A stretch of 64,000 bases of DNA, taken from NCBI GenBank assembly GCA_013239625.1, contig MU053513.1, positions 3,640,303-3,704,302 of the forward strand, given 5' to 3'. Each line of letters begins with the position of its first letter. Within the stretch, counting starts at the first letter, position 1. Made by a program: the position numbers and the translations under genes. Source of the stretch: Lama guanicoe. Its lineage: Eukaryota. Below are positions 27,076 through 40,440 of this stretch, piece after piece. The notes below the pieces were generated by a model, which was not told the DNA's origin, searched no databases, and worked only from the letters and a program-made list of their open reading frames with translations.

Positions 27076-30000
27076 CTTAGGTTCAGATTTAAACTGGATT
27101 ACACAGAGACTGTATTTAGTAAGTTCAAATTAATAAGCATTTAGAAAACATTTAGTTTTATCGTAAAAATGCTAAAAAGTTTGTCCCTTTAAAATTAATA
27201 ACAATGACCCAATTCTTACTAGTAATGCTTTGTTATAGTATAAACAGCTTGTTGAATAAAATATATTAGCAAATAGTTACAAAAGAGTGAGCAATTCTTA
27301 TGCTACTAGACAAACAGTTGGAATTTCCCATTTTGCTGAACAGTTTGAGAGCAGAGGGACATAGCTTTTTATACATTTTTAAAATGTCTACAATATACTA
27401 ATGTCTAATATTCAAGCAACATTTTCATGCACTCATTCAATAGATATGTGTTGAATGCCTGTGCGTCTTTGCTTTGCACAAGTCATGGAAACACACTGTC
27501 CCTTCTTATACCATCTCACCATTGGTTAATTCCCTTCCTAATGTGAGTAGTGACCTCCTATTTCACAGTAAAGATTTATCAATAGCATAATAGTACTATA
27601 TAAAGCTTGATATTATTTAAGGCAAGTATGTCATGTTGGATTTATTGTTTCCCTCTGAAAACTGAAATAATTTCCCAAATAAGTAAAAAAAAAATGTTGA
27701 CGATAGAGAAACTTTGCTTTCTACATTTGTAATTTAAGTCATTAATTGGCCAAAATTCAACCTTTCAGTCAGGATAAGTAGGTAAATAAGTATCCCAATA
27801 AAGCATTTTACTGGTGGTGTATCTCTAATGACTTTATATTCATATAGTTTATAGTTTAATTTCTATTAAATTAAGTTTCCCTCATTTTCTACTGTATTCA
27901 TTTTAGTGGTTAATAGTTGATGTTACTTCTTAGGTTATATCTATTTCTAAGATATGCCAAGTCAATACTTAAATGATTCTATATTTCTAAAATTAATTAT
28001 TTTTGATTAGAGTAGTACATGTATTTGATACACAATTTAATAGTTATGTAAGGGTATACAGTGAATAGTAGGTCTCCCTTGTTCTTCTCACACACATAGT
28101 TTCCTTCTTGAGGCAACTACTCTTTCCATTTCCTTGTATAATCATAACTAGGATTATTTTAAATTTACTCTCATATCTACTGAACACTTCAACAATTATA
28201 AGTATAAAAATGTTTTATGACTGAGGTAATTGTCTGACTAAATTAGTTTCCAAAACTAAAATTTTATTTCATGTTCCAGAAGAGCTAGAATAATTATAGG
28301 ACAGCCTGCCAAAGATTAGCTTGGAGATAATAAGCATTCTACGCAGAGGCAAATTTCTAAGATCACCGCTGAATAAATATTATTTTAAGGAAAAATAACT
28401 GAGGTGTTCTTTATTCAGATTTGCTAAATATATATAGAGAAAATGGCAAAAGAGAGACACAGTATCAAATCATAAAGGCTTGAATAATGAAAGGTAGAAG
28501 GCCAACTGTGTTTTCATTTGAAGAACCAGGGATCTGTAGCTCATAAAGCCGATGAGGTTATGGCGCTCATCACTGGTAAAAGAAGGTGGGATCTGCAGGA
28601 TGGTTTCATGAAGCATTTATGGGTGCCTATTTTCGATTCCATTCCTGCTTATGAATGTTTGAGCAATAACAAAAATTAATCAGAAAACAGTCTCTCTTTC
28701 TCCTCACACACTTGTAGTGACTGTTTTAATTTAAAGACCATAAAAAATGTGTTTTGTATTTTAGTCAAGACTGATCAAGAAAAAAATTAAAGAGCAGATG
28801 ATCAATTTTTAAACATATTTTGAGGGGAATCACAAAGAAATTAGTTCAATCAAATAAGGCATTAATTTATTTGTAGTTGTCAAATGCAGTCTATGTGTCT
28901 TAGATTTTTCTTCCCATTATAAATGCAATTTGTGTCCATTGTGGAAGTTTTGGGAAAAAAAGAAAAGAAAAAGCTGAAGAGGAAAAACAGAACCACATAA
29001 AATCATACCGTCTTGAGATAGTGACCCCAACCTTTTTTTGTATATTCTTTTATCTTGTTAAGCATTTACATATGTATGTTTATATTTATTTACATATAAC
29101 CATAGTACACATATGTTCTATAACCTATTTTTACTCAATATATTATGAACATGTTTTGATGTAATTATTGTCTTAAAAATTGTTTCCAAATTTTCTTCAT
29201 TATAAACAATGTGTTTTAAAGCCTTATAAATAAATTCTTGCTTCATCTATACATGTATATACTAGAAAAGAAATTATTAGATTAAAGGGAATACAATTTT
29301 CTGAATCATTGGTGGATAATGTTTTTATTATTTAAAATTTGGGGTGACAAATAGTAATCTCATTTTAATGTGCAGACTTTTGATTACTAAAATATTAACT
29401 ATTTATCATATTTGTCATATAATTGTTAGGAAGAATGAGTTTTATTTTAATAGCTGAATTTCAATAGCTACCCCAGCCATGAAAATTTTCAGGAGTTTAT
29501 TGTTTAAACAAATTCTCTTGAGCACCTACACTGTGTTTCTATGCAGAGGGATTTTAAACTATTCCTAGAAGATTAAAGAGCATTTTGAACTGCTGTGGGT
29601 TCCCTGTAAACTTTTAGACTAATTCCCAAGGCTGTTCTAAGCTGGCTTTCCTAGCACCACTCTGATGTTAATACCGTTGGTCCATGACGCCAGCTGTAAT
29701 ATGGGCAATAACTGGGATCCAGTTCTCATTTTACTAGCAATTTTCTGAGTGGTTTCCTCCCATTGACAGATTTTTGAATATTATAATGCAAGTTTTACAA
29801 AGATAATGAATAACACAGTAAGATCAATTTTGTTTGAACTTGTCCCATTTTAAACAAAAGAGGCATTTATATAAATATTACTTAAACTTCTCTATTTAAA
29901 AATGAGATTTTATTTCTCTTTTACAAATAGAAAATATAAATTACAAACAGTTAAAGCTACTCTCAAGGCAATGGAAACCTAAGTGAAAACAGTGTAGAAG

Positions 30001-31642
30001 AAAAGATTAACCATAGAGGGTAGTGAAGGTTTTACTATCCAATTATTCAAAAAAACTAAATAAAGCAGGTACAACGCTCAAATATCATCTTATATGTTCT
30101 AATCAATTTGAAAGACATTAGCAACATCATCCTATAATTTCTTAGTTTTTTGAGTTATTTGGCATATTTCATTTTCAGCAGCACTTTAAAATGTGCTAAA
30201 CAATAATAATCCATAAAGCTGAAACTCTTTTCTCAATGATTGGATGCCAAAATTATCTTTTAAAGTAAATGCCACTTGAAAGTCATCCTTAAAAATTTTT
30301 TAAGAGACTTGAAACATTTGTATTTAGATTGAACATCTAAAAATACAAGTTTATGTGATTAAAAGCTCATTGTGCCTTCCTACTGAATGTTTGATTCAAC
30401 TTGTAGAAATGGCCATTGTAATATGCTTCTTCCTAAGACCTCTGCTTTCACACACACACAAAAAATGATACATGGCATAAAACTGTGGGAACAAAACAGT
30501 AGAGAACTTTTAGACAATGTGTCTGCGAAGGAGAGGAGAAGCTGGAAGCAAGGGGGAAGGATACAGTTAACTCCTTCAAACACAACTCTTAGAAAATGCT
30601 CTTCTAACAGTATCATCAGATTCTACCCTAATAGTGAAGAGTGGAGAAATAGACGTAAAGTATTTTTAAACTTACACAGAACTCTACCCTCAAATAGCCC
30701 CCAAATGTATTGAGTCTATTGGCCAATAAGCATCCACTCAGATGATCTAATTCAAGCTGCATTCTGCAATTTGCCAAGTGTATCTCAATGAAGCTTGGAG
30801 GATGACCCCCAAATGTACAGCCCTTTAACAAAGCCTCTGGGAAGTGAAGCAGCCATTCTATTTTAAGAAGCTAAGAGGTAGCAGATGACTTAGTAGCGTC
30901 ATGCAGGTGCCAGCAGAACCACATAGGAGCAATGCATCTAGACTGTGGGTTATGAATGCAGCCATGCCGTAGACAGATGTCCTCAGGTGATACCAAGAAC
31001 TTTCAAATGAGAGGTGATCATCAGACTGGAATCACGGGCAGTGGACAGTTCCTAAGCTGACTCATTAGGCATGAATGGATGATCTGTCAGAGAATAATGA
31101 CTTTTAGGACTTCTATTCTCGCTCTAATGCTTCATATTAATGACCTTTCAGGATAGTTGTTATCATTGGAATTTCAGCTGCCACAAAGAAAGAAAACTAG
31201 TGAATGAATTTGTTTCTGAATGAAGGTAGAAAGCTGTCCCTGAAAAGGAAACAGAATGACAGTCATAAGGAAATAAGAACTATGTAGAACTGAAATATGA
31301 ACTTGAGAAACAAAACTTATTACCTCTGAATTGAATCTAGTGGGGTTTTTTTCAATGATTTATTTTATTGGAGACAATAATGTCTAGGTGGCAGGCTTAA
31401 ACTTAACCAAAAAGTTAAATCCCCAGACAACTCATTCTCCAAATAGCTCCCCCCCATACACACACAAAGATCTGAAATCTGAAATATAGCATGTCAATGG
31501 TCACCAGAGGCTGCTTATGATGTATTAGACTGTCAGTTAGAGATGTGTCTTCCTAATCATTCACAGGACATAGATTGCTGTACGTCTGCAGCATACAAGG
31601 CTCTTTGCTGAATGCTGCCAGAGAGGACATTATGGTCTAGGT

Positions 31643-31973
31643 CAGAGGCCAACAAACTTCTTCTATAAAGGTCCAGGTAGTATATATTTTAGGTTGTGCA
31701 GGCCAGATGGTTTCTATTGCAGCTGCTCAACTCAGCCATTGTAGCACAAAAGTATCTATACACAATATATACGTAAATAAGTATGGCTATTTTCCAAAAA
31801 TCTGTATTTATGGGCACTTAAATTTGAATTCTGTATAATTCTTACATCATAAAATATTATTATTTTATTTTTCTAAACCATTTTAAAAAGTAAAAGCCAT
31901 TCTTAGCTTACAAGCTGTACGAAAACAGATAGCAAGCCAGATTTGACCCATGGACTGTAGCTTGCCACCCAGG
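31643..31973. mobile_element. hAT-Charlie MITE (MER58B-like)
   Basis: 331 bp with imperfect 8-bp TSD gtctaggt (31635-31642) / gtctagat (31974-31981). Confidence 0.82.
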
Positions 31974-32119
31974 GTCTAGATTATAACAGATGGAAGATAA
32001 TTGCCTTAAAGACATAGAAACAAAGTTTCTGTATGTCTGCAGAGCTGAGAGGGATCTCTTTTTGTTGAAAACTGCATGGAGGAGGTGATATTTGAATTTA
32101 CTTGAAAGGTGGAATTTTA

Positions 32120-32836
32120 ATTTTTTTCAAAGATGAACATTTTTATTTGCACATGTCTATTGGTTTTAATATTTTTAAGTTAATTTTTTTACATTTACAT
32201 TCACTTATTTAATACCCATATTAAGTTTATTCATAGCAAAATTTTAAATTCAAATAACATATGACATTGAACTCTTATATATTGTGGACTTGCAGTGATT
32301 ATCATATCTTCCATGCTATGTGTGTTTTTAAAATAGTGGTAAGAACACAACACGAAAACTACCCTCCTGACCAATTTTCAAGTGTCCAGGATGGTAGTAT
32401 GAAACATACAGGCACAATATTGTACCACAGATCTCTAGAACTTATTCATTTTGTGTAGTTGAAACTTATAGCCATTGAAGACCAACTCCCTGTTTGCCCC
32501 TCTCTCCAGCATCTGGCAGCCATCATTCTGCTTTCTGTTTCTTTGACTATTTTAGGTATCTCAAATTAGTGGAATCCTGGAGTTATTTGTCTTTCCATGA
32601 TTGGTTTACTTCACTTAGCATAAGGTCCTCCAGGTTCATCCATGTTGTCCAAAAGAATTGAAATCAGGATCTCAGATAGACATCTGCACTCCCATGTTCA
32701 CTGCAGCATTGTTCACGATAACTAAGGTATGGAAACAACCTAAATGTCCATTGCCAAATGAATTAGTTAAAAAATATGGCATATGCATACAGTGGAATAG
32801 TATTCAGCCCCCAAAAGAAGGGAATCCTAGCATATG
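32120..32836 (-). mobile_element. Short L1 3' end with 5' inversion
   Basis: Reverse 3'UTR up to 32650, then a forward piece 32651-32836 that is the immediately upstream L1 sequence. Left boundary approximate. Confidence 0.78.
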
Positions 32837-32989
32837 AAGAATGGGGTTTTTGATAGCAAAAGGGAGCATTGATCATTGTTACTCCAGGATAATAGGTGTT
32901 AACTCTGGCTGTTTCATGCAAATTGGGACATTTGCAGGAGGAGGAGTCTCAAGAGACCATGAACATAGATCCCTGAATGTAGTCAAGCA

Positions 32990-33470
32990 AGAGTCATGGT
33001 GGATTCAGTGAATAAAAAAGTCCAAGTTGATTGAAGCACATTGGGATGAATAAAGGGAAAAAAGCTAGGAAGGTAGTCTGGGGCTTGAACTAGAATTGAA
33101 TTGGTAGGTTCTTAAACATAAAGCTAAGACACTTGGAAATTATTTAAATAGGTGGTGGAGAAGCACTGCAACTTTTAAAATAATAAAGTGAGATGGTCAC
33201 CTATCAGTGATACCAGTGATGAGCAGAATGAATGGGATCGGGCAGAGACTACATGCAGAAGCCCAGTTAAGGGACCACAGCAATAGTTCGAAGAGAGGAT
33301 AAGAGAATGTGGACTGCGGCCAGGCAGCAGGAATAGAAAGGAAGGAGTGGATGAAAGACACATCAGAGAGAAGGAATCAAGAGAACCTGTCAATTGAATA
33401 TAAAAGATAAGCTAAGAAAAAGGGAAAGTCAAAGGAAGCTCCTAAGACTTTAAGTCGAGGTGACTATAGA
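32990..33470 (-). mobile_element. LINE-2 fragment
   Basis: ggcagagactacatgcagaagcccagttaagg...aggaagctcctaagactttaag. Confidence 0.6.
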
Positions 33471-34944
33471 CATTCTGTATTTGTGGGTTAGAAATAGGTG
33501 GGGAAGGGAAATCTGTAAATGAATATATAATTGGGATCCTATTCATATTGTAATTTAGAAAAAATAGACATAAGGTAACAATGATACTTCTGTAGTTTAA
33601 CTTTTGAAAATACTTTTACATCAGGGCAGCTCAATCTGAATAAACTTTGGAGTGGCTTTCTGATAAATGTGAGTGCGAGAAGCTTGTTTTTAAAAAGTTG
33701 GCCTTTGATTTGCAGGGAGTGTGAGGGAAAGGGTTGAGGCATATTTTTCTATGAACTATTTTTTCTGTCTTCTTTCTAGGACCCAGTGGGATACAACCCA
33801 TTTTTAGATTAGTACAGTGGTTTTTAGTACTTACTATGAAAGTAAAAATGAACCCAGCTGAGGAAAAGGCACAGCTGTGGCAGGCCTCTGGCTAGCACAG
33901 GATTCAGAATGATGTTCAACCATCAGCTTGTATCACCCGGTTACCTCAATAGGTCTTGAGAGTCTTAAAAATTATCCTGATTATGTGGTTTTTAAAAATA
34001 ACTCATTTCCTGCAGAATACTTAGGATTGCACAGATGCCTTGAAATCAAAGAAACAACGATAAGGTGCTATAAATCATAAAAATATGAATTAAGCATCTG
34101 CTATGTTCCTGATTCCCAAAATGGTACCCAAGCTGTATTTTATATTTTCTTTATATTCAATTTTCCAACAATTTTCTATGCAGATTTTTTTTTCTTGTAG
34201 GGAATGTGTCTGAGGAAATGGAGAGAAATAGATAAGTTAATGGGGGGAAATGACAGATAATTGTAACATCTGAAAGTGCACACACACACACAAACACACA
34301 CGTATTTTTAAAAGAAAATTTCTAAAACAACAAAGGGAATCAAATCACCATAGGAACAAATTCAGAAACACGAGCTTCACCTAGAAAAACTTTTCTACTT
34401 TTTGGAACTCTTGAATTTTCTATAATTTTCACTTTTTTTCAACATTTTTCCATGCTTAAATAAAATCAAATTAGCCAGTCTGGCCATCAGGTATGGTCTA
34501 CTATTTCTCTGAAGCGGTGTTCCAGAAAAGCAAAGCAGATGTGAGTACATTATCCTGACTGGTCCCAGAAGAGAATCCACAAACACCTCAAGGTATGAAT
34601 TACTGAGAAATGCTATCCCACTGTGGTGAGAGACTGTCGGGTTAGGGGCAGGGAATAGTCATGTGGGTATGCAGTAGTCCCTGCTGTTGTAGTGTGTCCT
34701 TGGCACCGAAAAGAAATTGTAGTGTAAAACCCCATAAAGAACCAAAACTCCAATTGATGCCATTCAGCAGGGCCAGTATCCGAGCAGTGTGGGTTTTACT
34801 TTTTAGAAATTTCCTTTTGCACTCGGCTTCTTTTCTTGAGCTCTGTCCTTTGAAACTGGTCAGTTTCTTTTATTCATCTTTCTAGTATGTTTACCTCTTC
34901 CCGTGCTTACTATATGTGAATATAAAACATTATTTTTTTAATAT

Positions 34945-35092
34945 TCTGTATAACACAGGGAACTATAATATCTTGTAGTAACCTATAATGAAAAAAATAT
35001 GAAAATGAATATATGTATGTATATGTATGACTGAACTATTATGCTGTACACCAGAAATTGATACATTGTAAAATCACTATACTTCAATAAAA
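34945..35092 (+). mobile_element. Short L1 3'-end fragment (same type as 9402-9576)
   Basis: acacagggaactataatatcttgtagtaacctataatgaaaaa...actatacttcaataaaa; possible aaaacatt TSD. Confidence 0.8.
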
Positions 35093-35503
35093 ACATTGTA
35101 ATACTATATAATACTGTGATTATAAACATGCATTATACTATGTATTATATGTGATGTAAAGATGTAGATATAAACATATTATAGATGTAATATTATGGGA
35201 CGCCAGCCAACCTTCCTGGTGCTTCTGATCACATCCCTTTCTCCTTGGTCATTATGATTACACACAAAGGCTTTAACAACTTCAAGATTTCTAATAAAAG
35301 CACACCGGTGTTCTAGTTTTCTCTCCTTTAGTTCCTTAGCTGCAGTCATTTCTTATTAGGTATCATGCTATTTAGCAATGGCCCTGACAAGAGGAGAACT
35401 TGATCTTGAGCAGCATGTGTCAGGATGCACAGGAGCCAGACACTCTTCTCACCCCCAAGCAGGTTTTGCCCTCAACAATTGTTAACCAAAGACTAGAGTG
35501 CCG

Positions 35504-35812
35504 CCTTCTTCTTCTTCTTCTCCTTCTTCTCCTTCTTCTCCTTCTTCTCCTCCTTCTCCTCCTCCTCCTCCTCCTCCTCCTTCTTCTTCTTCTTCTTCTT
35601 CCTCTTCCTCTTCTTCCCCTTCTTCCCCTTCTTCCCCTTCTTCTTCTTCTTCCCCTTCTTCCCCTTCTTCCCCTTCTTCCCCTTCTTCTTCCTCTCCTTC
35701 CTCTCCTTCCTCTCCTTCCTCTCCTCCTCCTCCTCCTTCTCCTTCTCTTCTCCTTCTTCTTCTTCTTTTCTTTTCTTCTTCTTCCTTTCTTTCTTCTTCT
35801 TCTCTTTTTTTT
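35504..35812. repeat. Compound (CTT)n/(CCT)n/(CCTTCTTCT)n/(CCTTCTTCC)n repeat; 309 nt pure pyrimidine
   Basis: No purine on the + strand between G35503 and G35813. Confidence 0.97.
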
Positions 35813-37195
35813 GTTCTCATCATTCTTAAATCCAAATGAAATTTAAAATTCCAGAGTTGAAACTGGATTTAAACAAATGATAGTATGTTTCTAGATTGAC
35901 TGTGATTCGCTTTCTCTATGATTGATCCACTTCCTATTGTGCAGTAGAGTAATGAGAATAGATGTGGATGTTAGATATGGCGGATTTGAGACTTCCTAGA
36001 AAGTTGTAATCATATTAAAATAACCGCTAAAGGAAGAAGGCTAGCATTGGAGACCTAGATACTCGACTGCCTCTGTAACTGCCCTCTCTCATGAACCTGA
36101 CAGAACTCAACTTACCTTACTACCCCTAAAAAACTCCAGGCAGGAAACTCACAAAGTTCTGTATGTGAGAGCAGTAAACATACAACAGGGCTTTATCAGT
36201 GTGTGATGTACTGCCTGTCTGTTACTGCACAATTGTTATTCATTGTTATTACTACTACTACCACTAAAACTAGTGTGTAACTTCAGCCTGCTTGTGCTAA
36301 AAGATCGCAGCATGTTTGCATGCCCTCAGGAAGAAGTTTTTGCTATGAAAATTCTCAAGTGCACCTTTTAATCCTGTCAAATAAGTTGATATTTTTCTTT
36401 AATGATAGATTCTTCATTAAGTTTCAAGCGAAGAGTGATTGTATTGTTTCTTACTTTCAAGACATAGCTTTGACCTTCTAGCTGAATCAAATTTAATATT
36501 GGGAATAGGAAATACTTTAGTTGAAAATCTGAATATCCCTGCTGGATATTGTTTGACTTGTGATCCCTTAGAAAATCACCAAGTCTCTATGAGCCAAATT
36601 TCCTCTAGACCTAATTTCAAGATAGCTAGTGTACAGAATAGCTGGAAGAATTAATTTAAAGTCATTTTATTTTCAATGCATTATGGACATTGTTGTTCGA
36701 ATAGTTGCAACTCTACTCCCCATAGCAAGTTTATGTAGTCAATCCTTTATTTAATAATAGTACCTTTAAAATGTGCATCTAGAAGAATAATGGAGAAAGG
36801 GAGGAATGGAAACGGCTAATTTTTTTTTATTATATCATGTATTGGGGAGGCAGGAAGAGGAAAACCATAAAATCAAATAGCTTAAATTACAATTTCAAAT
36901 AAAATAGTTGATGTTGGTGTACTCTAATCTCTAAAAACATGTTACAAATAAAGAATCTAGAGAGAATAAATACTGACAGCTCTGGGGAGAACTTCTTTAA
37001 TCATGGAGCTATAACCACTCCTTTGCTGCTAGTCTTTGATTGCAGAAATCCATCTGATCTACCTTTCAGAATTATTGGGTATAAAATGGTGTATCATTGT
37101 TATTATCTTTTCCTCTCTTCCTATATAGATTTCTTTTTCAGTAAACAGTAAGTCATTTTGGACCCTTTTAATTCTTTATTTCTTTTTGTCTCTAG

Positions 37196-37269
37196 GAGTT
37201 GTACAGATGTGCTCTGCTGCATAGTCTTCATACTGTTCATTATTGGCTACATTATTTTAGGACTTTTGG
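37196..37269 (+). CDS. SLC44A5: SLC44A5 internal coding exon (first TM segment): (R)SCTDVLCCIVFILFIIGYIILGLL(A)
   Basis: Polypyrimidine tract plus TAG acceptor (tctttttgtctctag|GAGTTG) and GTGAGT donor at 37270. 74 nt, phase 2 to phase 1. Translation carries the CTL-family RSCTDxxCC motif and matches the recalled SLC44A5 protein. Confidence 0.95.
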
Positions 37270-37845
37270 GTGAGTAAATACACAGGTGTAGAAGAGATTT
37301 AACATTTGCTAATGGAATAATTAATTCAATGTTACATCTTAACATTAATCGTTTTCTCCCAAAAGCCTTCTTATTGATTATTGTCTTTTCTGGAGGGAAT
37401 GTACCTTACCAGCACTCATTAAGTAGCAGATACAATGAAAAATAAACACAAAATAGTTTACTCAAAGGCAATCCTAAATTACTTAGGTAAATACAAATAT
37501 ACAGAAGGAAGAAAAAACCTTATAGTTTCCTTTTAATCATTTTTACCTTTGAAATTCTATTAAGCAGCTAATAAGGTTCATGTAGCTATTTACTAATAAG
37601 AACTAGGGCCTAGATAAATTTAAGTAATATATAACCTTTTCTTTTTATAAACAAATGAAAAGGAAGGAACAATTATTAAGAATCACACCAGATAATTCAT
37701 TAATATATAAGAAGTCCTATTGTCTTTGCCTACCAGAAAGAGATATCCTGTTGTTCATTGTTAGAGTAAGATTTTTCTATGGAAGTGAAAATAAAAAGAA
37801 TAAATATAGATATTCTTTATGTGGATTTTTTTTTAAACATTCAAA

Positions 37846-39595
37846 GGGGGTTTATCAAGATGGTGAAGTAAGAGGACATGGAGCTCACCTCCTCCCACAA
37901 ACAAATCAACAATACATCTAAATATAGAACAATTCTCATTGAAAACTAGCCAGAAACTGGCAGAAGGACTCCGGGACAACCAAGGCAGTAAGAAAGCTAC
38001 ACACGAACTTGGGTAGGAAGGGAAGAGAAGCGATCAGGTCAGGACCTGCACTCCTGGGAGAAGACCTCAGAAGACAAGGGAGATCGCATGGATGGGCACT
38101 CACCCTGGGGAGTGAGCAGTGGGAGCCACAGAATGAGTGCCCCAGTCTTGGGGTCCTACACAGAGAAAGAGCCGCCTCGTCTGGTTGGAAGGCTGCTGGG
38201 AATAACAGAAGAGCTGTGGGAAGCCTGGACTCCAGTCATGAGGAGCATGCATGGGCTGGTTTGCCCCTGAGGCAGGACGGAGAGAGGTCTACTTTAGTGG
38301 CTGTTGGGTTTCCTGTGACTGCCTTGGCATGCACCCCAGTCTGAGCCAAGTGAAATCTCCAGCCCAGCTTGTTCCATATCCTGGATCTGGGGCAGCCCTG
38401 ACTGAGGAGAAGACTCCACTGTGGGATACAGAGACAGTCTAGTCCCTGAGCAGAACCTGGGTGGGATGGTGGCAGCCACTGTTGAGCTTACTCATGCAGT
38501 GTGTGGGAAGCAGCCCAAATTTCCAATGGCAGCTGCTCCACCACAGCTTCCTCTATTCAACAGCCAAGAGTACACATGGGCTCCCCCTGCCCTGTGCTGT
38601 GGCTCAGCAACAGGACAGGGATGGTGAAGGCTGAGCACAGTGACCAACTGTGAGGGACAAAGGGGACTTGCACCAGGGGGTGTGTCTGAATGGAACAAGG
38701 GAAATAATTACTGGTGCCTACACTGGCAGCACGTCAGAGACAGCTTGGACCTCTGTCTGTGGACAACATGAGCTGAGATCCTGCACGGACCCCACTTACT
38801 TCAGCCCTCTCCCAGTCTGGGGCAAGGGACCTGGGTCAGAGAGAGAGGAGAACACACACTTAAAGGGAGCAGAGCCAGCTCAGGCCTGACCCTTAGGGCT
38901 TCTGCTCTAGCAACTTGGGATCAAACCCCACACCTGTATGAAGTTTCCTCAAAAAAACTATTATAGAGCTACCATATGATCCAACAATTCCACTCTGGGT
39001 ATATATCTGGAAAAAAAAAAAAAGAAAGAAAATAATAATTTAAAAAGATACATGCACCCACCATTCATAGCGGCATTATTTACCATAGCCAAGATATGGA
39101 AGCAACCGAAATGTCCATCAACAGATGAATGGATAAAGAAGATGTTGTGTATACAGACAATGGAATATTACTTAGCCATAAAAATAATGAAATCTGCCAT
39201 TTGCAGCTGTGTGGATGGACCTAGAAAATATTATGAAGTGGAATAAGTCAGACAGAGAAAGACAAATACTGTATGAAATCACTTATATGAGGAATCTAAA
39301 AGATGAAACATGAAAGTAGATAGAAAAACAGAAACAGACTCACAGGTTTAGAAAACAAACCAGTGGTTGCCCGTGAGGAAAGGGACAGGAGGAAGGGCAA
39401 GATAGGGGGATGGGATTAAGAAATACAAACTACTATGTGCAAAATAGATAAGCAACAAGGATATATTGTACAGCACAGGGAATTATACACATTATCTTGT
39501 AATAACTTTAAATGGAAATAATCTGTAAAAAAAATGACTCACTATGCTATACTAGTATTACACTGTAAATCAACTATACTTCAGTTCAGAATAAA
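37846..39595 (+). mobile_element. Internally deleted L1: 5'UTR joined directly to ORF2 tail and 3'UTR
   Basis: 5' end ggggtttatcaagatgg. GC-rich UTR to ~38936, then tatgaagtttcctcaaaaaaacta... ORF 39052 (FIAALFTIAKIWKQPKCPSTDEWIKK) is the ORF2 C-terminal region. Confidence 0.88.
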
Positions 39596-40289
39596 GCTAC
39601 CAAGGGAACTGGTGTGAATATTTTCTGTAAAAGGATTTCACCATTGCATGTGGCTGCATCACAGTTTTCCCCAGGGACTGAAGTCCTCTCCCTTAGACGT
39701 TGACGTAGGAAACTTTCCTGTATTATTATTATTGGGGTGGGGACTGTAACAGTAAGGTAGTAGCTTCTAGTAACAATAATGAATGCTTATAGTTAGTGTG
39801 GATTGAATGTCTCAGAGGAAAAAAGGCTGTACTTGCCTAAGGAATAATGGAAAATACTCTTCTCTGTTCTTCAGTTTTACCTTCCAAAAAGAAAAATACC
39901 TTGAGAATAGCAACTGAAAGTAATTTCCAAAAGATTGTCTGAGTAACACCATCTGAAAATTACACAGAATTGGAGAATTAAAAAAAAATAAGGTAGGAAG
40001 ATAGCAAAGGAGAGAATAAAGGAGTACGAATCACAAAACCAAATAATGTACTCAGGTCTTCAGAAGACTCCTTTGTTGCTTCTTCAGTGTATTTTAACTT
40101 TTAAACATTCATGTATTAGTAGCATAATACATAAATATCTAAATTGAATATTACAACACAATGAATTGTCTTATTATACAACTAGTAGAATTTTAGCTTC
40201 TCTAACTTTGGGACACATCTTTGTCTGTACATTTTCTCTTGTTTTTATTTTTTGTCATTAACTTGAAATTTGTTGCTTGAGAGAAAAAA

Positions 40290-40440
40290 GATTTGGAGTC
40301 AAGGAGATCTAGGATTTCCTCATTTTATGTGTTGGACTTGAGCTGCTTTCTTAATCTCACTTTTCTCACCTGTGAAGCATGGAAGCACTACATACTTTGC
40401 AGGGCTATTATGAGGCATCAATGAAATAATATCCCGCTAT
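40290..40440 (+). mobile_element. MIR SINE fragment
   Basis: ttggagtcaaggagatctagg...ttttctcacctgtgaa...agggctattatgagg. Confidence 0.55.

Noticed and set aside
33780..33812. Strong acceptor followed by DPVGYNPF, loosely like the upstream SLC44A5 exon (DPxxYDP)
   Set aside because: In-frame TAG after 10 codons, no matching donor and no FKGP motif. The true upstream exon was not found and probably lies before the window.
35400..35846. Poly-Leu, poly-Ser/Pro and Glu/Gly-rich ORFs
   Set aside because: Artefacts of the stop-free CTT/CCT repeat; no splice or gene context.
37830..39610. Possible TSD around the 37846 L1 (taaacattcaaaggg vs taaagctaccaaggg)
   Set aside because: Too many mismatches to call.
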